Source: Candidatus Eiseniibacteriota bacterium (GTDB lineage: Bacteria > Joyebacterota > Joyebacteria > Joyebacterales > Joyebacteraceae). From it: a DNA stretch of 48,371 nucleotides. Numbering within the stretch: the stretch's first letter is position 1; every line of letters begins with the position of its first letter. The position numbers were made by a program, and so were the translations under genes. Location of the stretch: assembly GCA_043819135.1 (NCBI GenBank), contig JBDRFG010000074.1, positions 1 through 48,371 on the forward strand. Reading direction: 5' to 3'. Shown piece after piece: positions 35,796-44,514 of the stretch. The notes beneath the pieces are model-generated. The model was not told the origin of the DNA. It saw only the letters and a program-made list of their open reading frames with translations, and did no database searches.

Positions 35796-37142
35796 ATGGG
35801 TGAGATCAGGAAACGAGCGGCGGCCCGACGGCCGCACGGAATGACGGACGATCGTGGGTCCACGATCGTCGCTGTCATCGCGACCATCACGTCGGTGCTC
35901 CTCGTAGGCGTTGCGATATTCACGCTAGGCCATGCCGAGGGGGACCTGGTGGAGTACGCCGTCGACGACGCGCGGGCGTTCTACGTCGCCGAGGGCGGGC
36001 TCGAACGGGCCCGGGCGTGGCTGGGGAGTCTACAGGAGGACGATCCGAACGCGAACCCCGTCGGCATGAGCTTCGAGAATCAAACGCTGGGGGGCGGCAC
36101 CTACGCCATATCGGTCATTGCCGATCTGAGCGGAGGCAGCTGGCTGCCGGCCTACGAGGTCGTTTGCGAGGCGGACGTCGACGGGGTGGTGCGAAGCGTG
36201 CGCGCGGTGATGGTACCCGAGACCTTCGCGAAGTACCAGTGGTTCGTCGAGCGGGGGGGGTGGAGGTGGTTCCTGTCGGGCGAGAGGTTCGAGGGACCCG
36301 TCCACATCAACGAGGACCTCCGGATCGACGGCGACCCCTGGTTCGGCGGCCGCGTGACGGCGGGGGCCGGGATCAGCTTGAGGGACGACAGCTACCCCAC
36401 CTTCGAGCAAGGCTACGAACTCAATGTCGGTGACATCCTCCTACCTGATATCTCCGACATCGACGCGGTCGTCAAGACGGCGGCGCTGAACGGCGGGCTG
36501 CACTCGGGGGTGCTTCCACACAACAAGGGTTTCTATCACGTTCGGTTGGGCCACCCCTCCGTCGGGGAACTGACATACGAGGGACTGCGGCCCAAGGGAA
36601 GCGGCTACAAGACCATCCTCTCTCCGCGGACCGTTGACATCGCGTCGCTGAACGGGGCCGTGTGGTTCGGGGACCCCGTCGCCATAGAGGGGACGCTCGA
36701 TGGGCAGCTGACCATCGTGGCCGACGGCGACATGGAGATCTGGGACGACCTCCTCTACGACGCGTCCACGCCCGGCGCCGGGCCGGACTCCGGGTGCGAT
36801 GACGTGCTCGGGCTCATTGCCAACGGCGACATCGTGATCTCCTACACGACGGCCAACAGGAACGACTGTGAGATCCACGGTGTTCTGATGGCGCTCAACA
36901 AGAAGCTGCAGGCTGAGAACTACAACAGCTACGCGCCGAGGGGCGACCTTGTCGTCTACGGCGGCTTGATGGCCGAGCACAGCATATATCTTGGGAAGTA
37001 CGATGACGGCTACTGCGTGAACGGGTATGAGAGACACTACCGGCTCGACCCGAGGCTTCCGCGGATGCCTCCACCGTTCTTCCCGATGACCGGCAGGTAC
37101 ATCGTTCACTCGTGGGAGGAGATGGATCCTCCGGAGGCATGA
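35796..37142 (+). CDS. PilX-like large minor pilin (DUF4900-like), paralog 3
   Basis: RG|STIVA without Glu5, AFYVAEGGLE; collinear with paralogs 1 and 2. Alternative start 35760. Confidence 0.75.
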   Translation: MGEIRKRAAARRPHGMTDDRGSTIVAVIATITSVLLVGVAIFTLGHAEGDLVEYAVDDARAFYVAEGGLERARAWLGSLQEDDPNANPVGMSFENQTLGGGTYAISVIADLSGGSWLPAYEVVCEADVDGVVRSVRAVMVPETFAKYQWFVERGGWRWFLSGERFEGPVHINEDLRIDGDPWFGGRVTAGAGISLRDDSYPTFEQGYELNVGDILLPDISDIDAVVKTAALNGGLHSGVLPHNKGFYHVRLGHPSVGELTYEGLRPKGSGYKTILSPRTVDIASLNGAVWFGDPVAIEGTLDGQLTIVADGDMEIWDDLLYDASTPGAGPDSGCDDVLGLIANGDIVISYTTANRNDCEIHGVLMALNKKLQAENYNSYAPRGDLVVYGGLMAEHSIYLGKYDDGYCVNGYERHYRLDPRLPRMPPPFFPMTGRYIVHSWEEMDPPEA

Positions 37143-37161
37143 GGTGTACAGGGAGAGGGCT

Positions 37162-38940
37162 TTGAGCAAGAGACGTCAGAAACCCCGAGACGAGCGAGAG
37201 AGCCGCAGCGAGGGAAGTCGGGCCGATCTGTCCTTCAACGGGAAGCGGTTCGGTGAGCTTCTTATTGAGGCAGGGGTGATAGCGGCCGGCGACCTTGGGA
37301 CCGCGCTCAAGACCCAGCGAGAGACAGGCGAGCGGCTTGGTGAGGCCCTGGTCAAGCTGGAGCTGGCGACCGAAGAGGACATCGTCACAGCGCTGGCGGG
37401 GCAGCTCGGCATCGGCGTCTTCGATCCGACGATGGCGGGGACGATAGAGTCGGACGTCGTGCTGACCATCCCGGAGCACATGGCCAGACATCACCACGCG
37501 CTGGCGATCGCCCGCAGGGACGACGAACTGATAGTCGCGATGTCGGACCCGCTCGACATCGTTGCCATCGACGATCTGAGAGTCGCCACGAAATGCGAGC
37601 TGTCGATTCAGGTGGGTCTCGCGAGCGACATCGAAGCCGCGATAACCACGGCCTACCGCAACGCGACGGCGGACCAGAACCTCGAGGACGTCATTGAGGG
37701 CGCGAGGGTCGAACTGGGCATTCAGGATTCGACCGGGCTCGAGGAACTCACCGAACAGGAGCTGAGGGACAGGGCCGAGGACGCCCCCATCGTCAAGCTG
37801 GTCAATCTGATACTCGGGCAGGCCATCGCCGAGCGTGCGACGGACATTCACATCGAGCCGCTCGAGAAGAAGGTCGTTGTGCGCTACAGAGTGGACGGCG
37901 TCCTCTACGACACCACGACGCCTCCCAAGCGCTTCCACGAGGCCATCGTCGTCAGGATCAAGATCCTCTCCGAGATGGACATAGCAGAGCGGCGGGTACC
38001 GCTGGACGGCCGCTTCACTGCGAGGTTCGAGGACCAAGATGTCGACATCAGAGTCTCCACCCTTCCAACCATCTACGGTGAGAAGGTGGCGATGAGGCTC
38101 CTGCACAAGTCCGGGACGATCGTCAGTCTTGCGGAACTCGGCTTCGAGGAGGACGCGCAGGCCATATTCCGCAGGGCGCTCAAGCGCCCATACGGCATGG
38201 TGCTGATCAGCGGGCCGACCGGTTCGGGCAAGAGCACGACGCTCTACGCCGGCATGGGCGAACTGGACCGCGTCGGAAGGAACATCACGACCCTGGAGGA
38301 CCCGGTCGAGTATCATCTGGACCGCGTCAACCAGGTGAACGTCAACAGAAAGGCCGGAATGACGTTCAGCTCCGGCCTGAGGTCCATACTGAGGCAGGAC
38401 CCGGACATCATCATGGTGGGCGAGATTCGCGACATGGAAACGGCCGAGCTGGCCATCAGGAGCGCGCTGACCGGTCATCTCGTGCTCAGCACTGTTCACG
38501 CGAACGACGCGCCCGCGACGGCCACGAGGCTGGTCGACATCGGCATCGAGCCGTACCTGGTCACGAGCGCGGTGCATCTCGTCATGGCGCAGCGGCTCGT
38601 AAGGCGGACGTGCACGTACTGCAAGGAGCCCTATGATCCCGACCCTAAGGCCGTGATGGCGCTCCTGGGCCGCGGGCACGAGGACACGACCTTCTACAAG
38701 GGCAAGGGGTGCAAGCAGTGCAAGGGGCGAGGCTTCCTCGGCAGGACGGCGATCTTCGAGATGCTCGAGGTGACGCCTGGTCTCTCCGAGCTCATATTGA
38801 AGGGTGCGTCGGCTGCTGCGCTCAGGCAGAAGGCGCTGGAGGAGGGATTCGTGACGCTCAAAGAGAACGCCGCCAGGAGGGCTCTTGACGGGACTACTAC
38901 TGCAGAGGAGGCGCTCGGCGTCTCCACCGAAGCGATGTAA
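37162..38940 (+). CDS. pilB: Type IV pilus assembly ATPase PilB/GspE with N-terminal MshEN domain
   Basis: ATDIHIEP, RYRVDG, Walker A GPTGSGKS, TLEDPVEY, LRQDPD..MVGEIRD, TGHLVLSTVH, tetracysteine CTYC..CKQC. Alternative start 37144. Confidence 0.92.
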   Translation: MSKRRQKPRDERESRSEGSRADLSFNGKRFGELLIEAGVIAAGDLGTALKTQRETGERLGEALVKLELATEEDIVTALAGQLGIGVFDPTMAGTIESDVVLTIPEHMARHHHALAIARRDDELIVAMSDPLDIVAIDDLRVATKCELSIQVGLASDIEAAITTAYRNATADQNLEDVIEGARVELGIQDSTGLEELTEQELRDRAEDAPIVKLVNLILGQAIAERATDIHIEPLEKKVVVRYRVDGVLYDTTTPPKRFHEAIVVRIKILSEMDIAERRVPLDGRFTARFEDQDVDIRVSTLPTIYGEKVAMRLLHKSGTIVSLAELGFEEDAQAIFRRALKRPYGMVLISGPTGSGKSTTLYAGMGELDRVGRNITTLEDPVEYHLDRVNQVNVNRKAGMTFSSGLRSILRQDPDIIMVGEIRDMETAELAIRSALTGHLVLSTVHANDAPATATRLVDIGIEPYLVTSAVHLVMAQRLVRRTCTYCKEPYDPDPKAVMALLGRGHEDTTFYKGKGCKQCKGRGFLGRTAIFEMLEVTPGLSELILKGASAAALRQKALEEGFVTLKENAARRALDGTTTAEEALGVSTEAM

Positions 38941-38970
38941 CGACGAAGCAGGCATGCGGGAGGAACAGTT

Positions 38971-40212
38971 TTGACACGATTCGAGTACGTAGCCAAGAGC
39001 ACCTCCGGTGCGGAGAGGAACAGCTTCCTCTACGCGGAGTCTGCTACGGCCGCGGCCGACATCCTTCACAGGGACGGGTTGGTGGTGCTCTCGATCAGGG
39101 AGGCGAAGGGTTCCGTCCGTGAGAAGTCGGAGGCGCCAGTCAGGCGCATGTTCGTGGGGCGGGTTCCCCCGGGGGCGGTCGCGCTTTTCACAAAGCAGCT
39201 CACGTCCATGCTGCACGCCGGACTGCCGCTGACGCGGGCGCTCTACAGCCTCGCGCGCGACGAGGCCAACGGGACGCTGAGCGATGTCGTGGTCCGGGTG
39301 GCGTCGGACATCGAGGGTGGGGGCACGCTGTCGTCGGCGATGTCGAAGCACCCGGGCGTGTTCTCGAGGCTGTACATCAGCATGGTCAGGTCGGGCGAGC
39401 AGAGCGGCAAGCTCGTCACCATCATGCGGCATCTCGCCCGCTACATGGACAGGACCGAGGCGGTGAAGCGCAAGGTGCGGTCGGCGATGACCTACCCTGC
39501 CTTCGTGGTTGGTTTCTCGGTTGTGGCGAGCTCTGTGCTTTTCCTCAAGATCGTCCCGATGATGGCGGGGATCTACGACAAGCTGGAGGCCGACCTTCCG
39601 ATGCCCACTCAGATCGTCATCTCGGCGAGCGAAATCGTCGGGCGCTACATCTGGGTTCCGATACTGCTGCTCATCTTGCTGATAGTGGCGTGGCGAATGA
39701 TGATGAGGAACTCCGCGGGCAGATACATTCTCGACTCGTTCAAGCTGCGGATACCCATCTTCGGACGCATCGTGAAGAAGGTCGTCATTGCCAAGTTCCT
39801 GCGGACGCTGGGTGTCCTCGTCGAGAGTGGACTCCCCGTGATGGACTCGCTCGAGTTGGCAGGAGGATCGTCCGGGAACGAGGTTGTGTTCCAGGCCGCA
39901 ACCAAGATAGGCAACATGGTCTCGCACGGCTCGAGTCTCTCCAAGAGCTTCGCCAGCACCGGGACATTTCCGGAGATCGTCGTGCAGATGGTATCAACCG
40001 GCGAGGAGACGGGCACGCTGGGGGAGATGCTTGCCAACCTGTCAGATTATTACGATGAGCAGGTCGGCGCGTCGATAGAGGGGCTGTCCTCGATCATAGA
40101 GCCGCTTCTCATCGTTCTGATCGGCGGAGTCATCGCCCTTATGCTGGTTGCGATGTTCCTGCCGGTGTTCCACCTCGGCGGAGCCATCCGCCAAGGCATG
40201 AGGAGGTCGTAG
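38971..40212 (+). CDS. pilC: Type IV pilus platform protein PilC/GspF
   Basis: Two GspF domains: FTKQL..ML.AGLPL, GEQSG.L, AMTYP; and FLRTL..L..SG.P, GEETG.L, IEP. Confidence 0.93.
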   Translation: MTRFEYVAKSTSGAERNSFLYAESATAAADILHRDGLVVLSIREAKGSVREKSEAPVRRMFVGRVPPGAVALFTKQLTSMLHAGLPLTRALYSLARDEANGTLSDVVVRVASDIEGGGTLSSAMSKHPGVFSRLYISMVRSGEQSGKLVTIMRHLARYMDRTEAVKRKVRSAMTYPAFVVGFSVVASSVLFLKIVPMMAGIYDKLEADLPMPTQIVISASEIVGRYIWVPILLLILLIVAWRMMMRNSAGRYILDSFKLRIPIFGRIVKKVVIAKFLRTLGVLVESGLPVMDSLELAGGSSGNEVVFQAATKIGNMVSHGSSLSKSFASTGTFPEIVVQMVSTGEETGTLGEMLANLSDYYDEQVGASIEGLSSIIEPLLIVLIGGVIALMLVAMFLPVFHLGGAIRQGMRRS

Positions 40213-40251
40213 GGTTCGCAGGAGGACGGGAGGAGTGTTCTCTTAGGTCGT

Positions 40252-40267
40252 CGGCACGCAATGTGCT
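40252..40267 (+). promoter_or_regulatory. sigma54 (-24/-12) promoter of pilA
   Basis: CGGCAC-GCAAT-GTGCT gives GG-N10-GC spacing, about 68 nt before the pilA ATG. Confidence 0.65.
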
Positions 40268-40334
40268 AGCTTATGGCGTTCATAAAACCAAGGGTTGTAC
40301 GGGAATTCAGACTTTGAAAGGAGGTGAGAAAAGA

Positions 40335-40757
40335 ATGAGTATGCTGAGGAATCGCAAGGGCTTCACGCTCGTGGAGCTCATGGTAGTCGTCATCATCGTG
40401 CTCGTGCTCGCGGGTATCGCCGTTCCTGTCTACATCCACTACATCCAGGAAGGCAAGAAGAGCGAGGCGTACGCGGTCATCGACTCGATAGTCAGCGGAG
40501 CGCTCGTGTACTTCCAGAAGCACAACACGTACGAGGATGGTACCATCGCCCTCTGGCTGGCTGCTGATGACGTCGCCAACGCACGGTACTTCACCTACGC
40601 GATCAGCGACGAAGACGGCGTAGGCTTCGTCGCGACGGCTACGGCCGTTGCTGCTGAAGGTCTGCCTGATGGAGCTACTATCGTGTGGACTCACGAGGGC
40701 GCCGACGCAAGCGCCGGCAGTGCTGGTTCAGGCGAGTTTACTGAGGACGGTTGGTAG
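40335..40757 (+). CDS. pilA: Major type IVa pilin
   Basis: Short leader MSMLRNRKG|FTLVELMVVV with Glu5 and Pro22. Ideal RBS AAGGAGGTGA, own promoter and a downstream hairpin. Confidence 0.88.
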   Translation: MSMLRNRKGFTLVELMVVVIIVLVLAGIAVPVYIHYIQEGKKSEAYAVIDSIVSGALVYFQKHNTYEDGTIALWLAADDVANARYFTYAISDEDGVGFVATATAVAAEGLPDGATIVWTHEGADASAGSAGSGEFTEDGW

Positions 40758-40765
40758 CGGCTTCG

Positions 40766-40793
40766 GGGCCGGGGCTCCTCGGAGTCCCGGCCC
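40766..40793 (+). terminator. GC-rich stem-loop after pilA (attenuator or mRNA stabiliser; no U-tract)
   Basis: GGGCCGGGGCTCC-TC-GGAGTCCCGGCCC. Confidence 0.55.
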
Positions 40794-40829
40794 AACGCCT
40801 CCGCGGGCGGAATCAGGGAAGGCAAGAAG

Positions 40830-41291
40830 GTGAGCTTGAAACTGCGAAACGAGAGCGGCATAAGCCTGATGGAGGTCATGGTCTCTGTGGTCGTGTTCTC
40901 CATAGCCATCGTCTTTCTGTACCAGATGCTCTTCAGCGGACGCATGCAGGTTGAGTTCGAGGGAGAGAGGAGGGTGGCTTCGAAGGCGGCCGAGCTCAAG
41001 GTCGAGGAACTCAAGTACGCGGGCTATGGCTCTACGGATTCCGGTGCGGACTGGACGAGCCTGACGCTGGACTTTGGAACGCATCCCAGCGACCCGCGCA
41101 TCGTGCTTGATGACAGAGGCACGGCCGACACGCAGGACGACCTGGTCGGGCTGGTCAGCTGGACCGTCAGGGACACGTCGTGGTCCGATGCCGGCATTAC
41201 GACCGATGCGAAGGTCATCGATCTGACACTTCAGTGGCCCGAGAGCTGGGTGCGCGACGAGGTTCGGGTCGTGACCGCGGTGGCGAAATGA
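40830..41291 (+). CDS. Minor pilin, PilV/GspI-like
   Basis: ESG|ISLMEVMVSVVVFS with Glu5; C-terminal beta strands (KVIDLTLQW). Confidence 0.75.
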   Translation: MSLKLRNESGISLMEVMVSVVVFSIAIVFLYQMLFSGRMQVEFEGERRVASKAAELKVEELKYAGYGSTDSGADWTSLTLDFGTHPSDPRIVLDDRGTADTQDDLVGLVSWTVRDTSWSDAGITTDAKVIDLTLQWPESWVRDEVRVVTAVAK

Positions 41292-41812
41292 TGAAGATCT
41301 CGAGAAGACACGATCTCATATCGAGCGGGCGTCCTGTGACCAACGCGGGCATAACGACGGTCGAGCTTATGATCGCCGGATTCATAAGCGCCATCGTCCT
41401 CATCGCGGCGTTCACGATGTATCTGACTTCCATGGATACATGGGACGTCTCCGGCGCGAGGCTTGCGCTGCAGCGCAATGGAGACCGCACTGTCAAGCAG
41501 ATCGCGTCCGACATCAGGCACGGCGACATGGTGGTCGTCGGTGCGGACTCGACCTCGATCGACATCACGAGAACGATAGCGGGCGCGACCGACACGCTTC
41601 AGGCGTACGCGCTCTCCGGCGATGAGGTGGTCAACAAGTTTGGAACGGTCTTGACGAACAATGTCACCGGCATGCGATTCTCCTCTGGAAACGGAGTGAA
41701 GGTCTGGATTAGCATCACGCTCACTGACGACATGGGGACGAGCGCTTTGCCCTTCGACGATCAGCGGGTGGAGATCAACTCCGTGGCGGTGTGTCGCAAC
41801 GAGCCGTCGTAG
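41288..41812 (+). CDS. Minor pilin, PilW/GspJ-like
   Basis: NAG|ITTVELMIA with Glu5, ...IASDIRHG. ATGA overlap with the previous gene. Confidence 0.75.
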   Translation: MMKISRRHDLISSGRPVTNAGITTVELMIAGFISAIVLIAAFTMYLTSMDTWDVSGARLALQRNGDRTVKQIASDIRHGDMVVVGADSTSIDITRTIAGATDTLQAYALSGDEVVNKFGTVLTNNVTGMRFSSGNGVKVWISITLTDDMGTSALPFDDQRVEINSVAVCRNEPS

Positions 41813-41834
41813 CGGTAGGGTCAGGAGGACGGGT

Positions 41835-42830
41835 GTGTTTGGCGGGTCCCGAAGATTCATCACAGGTCTGGACGTCGGCACCGAGAGCGTGAAGGCCGTC
41901 AGGCTGCAGCACGCGGGCGAGAGGGTCAGGCTCGTGGGCATCGCGCTCGCAGAGATCGACTACCCGACCGGGAACAGGAACGAGACCGACGCGGGGGCAC
42001 GCACGGCGCGGGTGGAGGCCATCAGGAAAGCCCTGAAGGCCTCCGGTACCGACATCTCGTCGTCTTGCCAGGTCGTTACGGCCGTCGAGGGGCCGAGCAT
42101 CAGCGTCAAGCACGTGACGTTCCCGAAGATGCCGAGTCCGAGTCTGGCGGAGTCCATCGGCTGGGAGGCGAAGAAGCACGTGCCGTTCGGAGCTTCCGAG
42201 TTCGTTCTGGACTTTCAGCTCCTCGCGCGCGTGACGCCGGAAGATACGGACGACATGCACGTCGTTCTTGCCGCGGTCGAGCAGCGCCTCATAGACGATC
42301 ACGTTGGACTCGTTTGTGAGGCCGGCGTGGAGCCCGACACGGTCGACCTCGTACCGCTCGCTCTCGTGAATGAGCTTTTCGCGGAGGGCCTGATCGACGA
42401 CAGCACCGTCGCCGCCGTGGAGATAGGCGCCGACACGTTGAGCGTGTCCATATACCGGGCGGGAGGTCTTCTGCTCGTCCGCTCGGTCCGCATGCCCACC
42501 AGCGCCGGCGGTCACGGAGCCGTATCCGGGGAGGGCGGCGAGAGAAGGACGACCGGCAGTGAGTGGCAGACGTTCGTGCTCAAGGAAGTGCAGCGCTCAC
42601 TGGCCTTCTACAACAGTGAGACGGGCAGGCGCGGCATCGACAGGATCTACCTGAGCGGCGGGCGCGCCCTGGCCGATGGTGTGGTGGATGCTTTCAGGAA
42701 CTCACTGAAGGTAGCTACCGAGGTTCTGAATCCGCTTGAAGGTATCGCGGATGCCGACATAGACATCGAGAGTCTGAGGGCACAGGGTCCGAGATTCGCC
42801 CTTGCGATGAGTCTGGCGAGGAGGAGATAG
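41835..42830 (+). CDS. pilM: Type IV pilus alignment protein PilM (FtsA-like)
   Basis: GLDVGTESVKAV, WEAKKHVPF..DFQ, EIGA, RSLAFY, IYLSGG.A, LNPL. Confidence 0.9.
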   Translation: MFGGSRRFITGLDVGTESVKAVRLQHAGERVRLVGIALAEIDYPTGNRNETDAGARTARVEAIRKALKASGTDISSSCQVVTAVEGPSISVKHVTFPKMPSPSLAESIGWEAKKHVPFGASEFVLDFQLLARVTPEDTDDMHVVLAAVEQRLIDDHVGLVCEAGVEPDTVDLVPLALVNELFAEGLIDDSTVAAVEIGADTLSVSIYRAGGLLLVRSVRMPTSAGGHGAVSGEGGERRTTGSEWQTFVLKEVQRSLAFYNSETGRRGIDRIYLSGGRALADGVVDAFRNSLKVATEVLNPLEGIADADIDIESLRAQGPRFALAMSLARRR

Positions 42831-42834
42831 CCAG

Positions 42835-43428
42835 GTGCTCTTCAAGATCAACATGTATCGCCTTCGCGGCGAGAGGGCGGTCGAGGTCAAGCGGAAGCTA
42901 CGCTACCTCGCGCTGGTGGTCTTCATGGTCGGCGTCAGTATCGTCGTCTCCGGACTTTTCATCTTCGCGGTCGTCATGACCGAACAGGAGATAGAGCGCA
43001 AGACGGAGCGCATAGGGGTGGCCAACGCGGAGCTGCTGAGCACGCTCGGCGGGGGGACGGACGCGATCTCCGATGAGGAACTGCGCCTCATCAGGACGCG
43101 CGCTCTCGAGATTCGGTGGAGCAACGTATTGGCTGCTTCATCGAAGCTCGCAATACCCGAGCTCTGGTTCACGCAGCTCAGGCTGAGTGAAGGATCCCTC
43201 GTCGGGGCCCGCGGCAGGACCCCGGGGTTCCATCTCGAGGGGCGCCTGAAGGCGGGGCGGAAGGAAGAGAGCCTGGCCAAGCTGATGGAGTTCCTCGCGG
43301 AGGTGCGGGACGAGCCCACCTTCGCGGAGAGCTTCTCGGAGGTCAATCTGGTCAACTCCAGATGGAAGCAGACGACGGACGACGAGTACCTGGAATTCGA
43401 GATATTCTGCCCGCTGGGCGATGAGTGA
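42835..43428 (+). CDS. pilN: PilN-like bitopic protein
   Basis: N-terminal KINMY (INL-like PilM-binding motif), TM, coiled coil, W...L..P..LWFT.L; follows pilM. Confidence 0.7.
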   Translation: MLFKINMYRLRGERAVEVKRKLRYLALVVFMVGVSIVVSGLFIFAVVMTEQEIERKTERIGVANAELLSTLGGGTDAISDEELRLIRTRALEIRWSNVLAASSKLAIPELWFTQLRLSEGSLVGARGRTPGFHLEGRLKAGRKEESLAKLMEFLAEVRDEPTFAESFSEVNLVNSRWKQTTDDEYLEFEIFCPLGDE

Positions 43429-43954
43429 GGGGCAAAGACAGGCAATGGTAACCCGTAGCTGGATAGGCATCGCGGTCATCTTGGTCATCTGCGCGCTTCT
43501 CTTCGTGGCGGACATGACCGTCTACCGACCCCGCAGGGCGAAGCTCGAGGAGCTGAACCAGGAGCTGGCCATCGCGGAGACCGAGCGCGCGTACGTAGCC
43601 GGGCACGCGGCACATCTGGTGCGCATCCTCGACTTCCTTCCGAAGCAGATGGAGGGGGAGGGAGTGAACGAGGGCGAGCAGCAGTTTCTGTCGAGGATCA
43701 GTGGAGAGCTTCAGGATTCCGGTATGGTCCTGACGCGCGTGGAGCCGCAGCGCGTGCAGCAGGACGGGTCGTACACCCGCAGGGGGTTCAAGCTCGAAGT
43801 CGAGGGTGGCTACAAAGAGTTTGCGAACTTCCTCAGGTACCTGGAGTTGATGCCCGAGGTCGTCATGGTCAACTCGTTCGAGCTTCACTCGAAACAGGCC
43901 GGCCGGCGAGCCAACCATGCAGCAACGTTGAAGGTCACGGTCATAGGATACTAG
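43421..43954 (+). CDS. pilO: PilO-like bitopic protein
   Basis: TM, coiled coil, LP, and L.VEGGY..F..FL..LE.MP (PilO/GspM pattern). Confidence 0.8.
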   Translation: MSEGQRQAMVTRSWIGIAVILVICALLFVADMTVYRPRRAKLEELNQELAIAETERAYVAGHAAHLVRILDFLPKQMEGEGVNEGEQQFLSRISGELQDSGMVLTRVEPQRVQQDGSYTRRGFKLEVEGGYKEFANFLRYLELMPEVVMVNSFELHSKQAGRRANHAATLKVTVIGY

Positions 43955-43998
43955 AACGGTCCGGCCCGGGTCCGGGTCCCGACAGCTACGGAGGTTCT

Positions 43999-44487
43999 AT
44001 GAGAGGGAAGACGGTACTGATCGTGCTGGTGGCGGTTCTGGCGACCGCGGCGTCTACGTTCTTGGCCACCCGTGCTATCACGGGCACGGTCACGGAAGGC
44101 CGCGTTTCCTCAGCCTCCGCCGATGCCGGCCCCGGTGAGATACAGAGCAAGGGCACCGAGGTCGCGAAGCTCGTGGACGACATCGATGAATCAAGTGCTG
44201 CGGACGCGGTGACGAGCGATGACAGAGACCCGATGGTGACGTACAAGGCCGAGCCGAAGCCGCAGCCCGCTACGGCTCCGGCTGCGCCAAGCGCACCAAC
44301 GTGGCCGTCGTACAAGGTGACCGCGGTTCTGCTCGGCGACGACGATCCGAGGGCGTTTCTCAGGCTCGGCAGCGAGAGCATCAGCGTGAAGATCGGCACC
44401 GAGATCAGCGGTGGCCGTGTGACAGCGATCGAACCAGACGGAGTAACGATAGAGGGTAAGATCGGGACGAAGAAGTTCCCGTTCTAG
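43999..44487 (+). CDS. PilP/GspC-HR-like protein, TM-anchored
   Basis: RDPM (PilP RDPF-like) motif, Pro/Ala linker, small beta domain (YKVTAVL..AFL..VKIG.EI.GGRV.AI.PDGVTI). Contains no Cys, so has no lipobox. Confidence 0.65.
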   Translation: MRGKTVLIVLVAVLATAASTFLATRAITGTVTEGRVSSASADAGPGEIQSKGTEVAKLVDDIDESSAADAVTSDDRDPMVTYKAEPKPQPATAPAAPSAPTWPSYKVTAVLLGDDDPRAFLRLGSESISVKIGTEISGGRVTAIEPDGVTIEGKIGTKKFPF

Positions 44488-44514
44488 CCCCGGGCATAAC
44501 CGGAGGATGCTGTT

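Noticed and set aside
32950..37142. Diversity-generating retroelement or silent-cassette antigenic variation to explain the three paralogs
   Set aside because: All copies are full-length with their own leaders, differences are not adenine-specific, and no reverse transcriptase or site-specific recombinase is present in the window.
31315..39927. Very long antisense ORFs (31315-34224, 969 aa; 36895-39927, 1010 aa; similarly 21716-23749, 4445-6241, 13358-14890, 15669-17171)
   Set aside because: They lie opposite well-supported genes, have Arg/His/Val-rich composition with no recognisable motifs, and are the expected shadow ORFs of high-GC codon usage.
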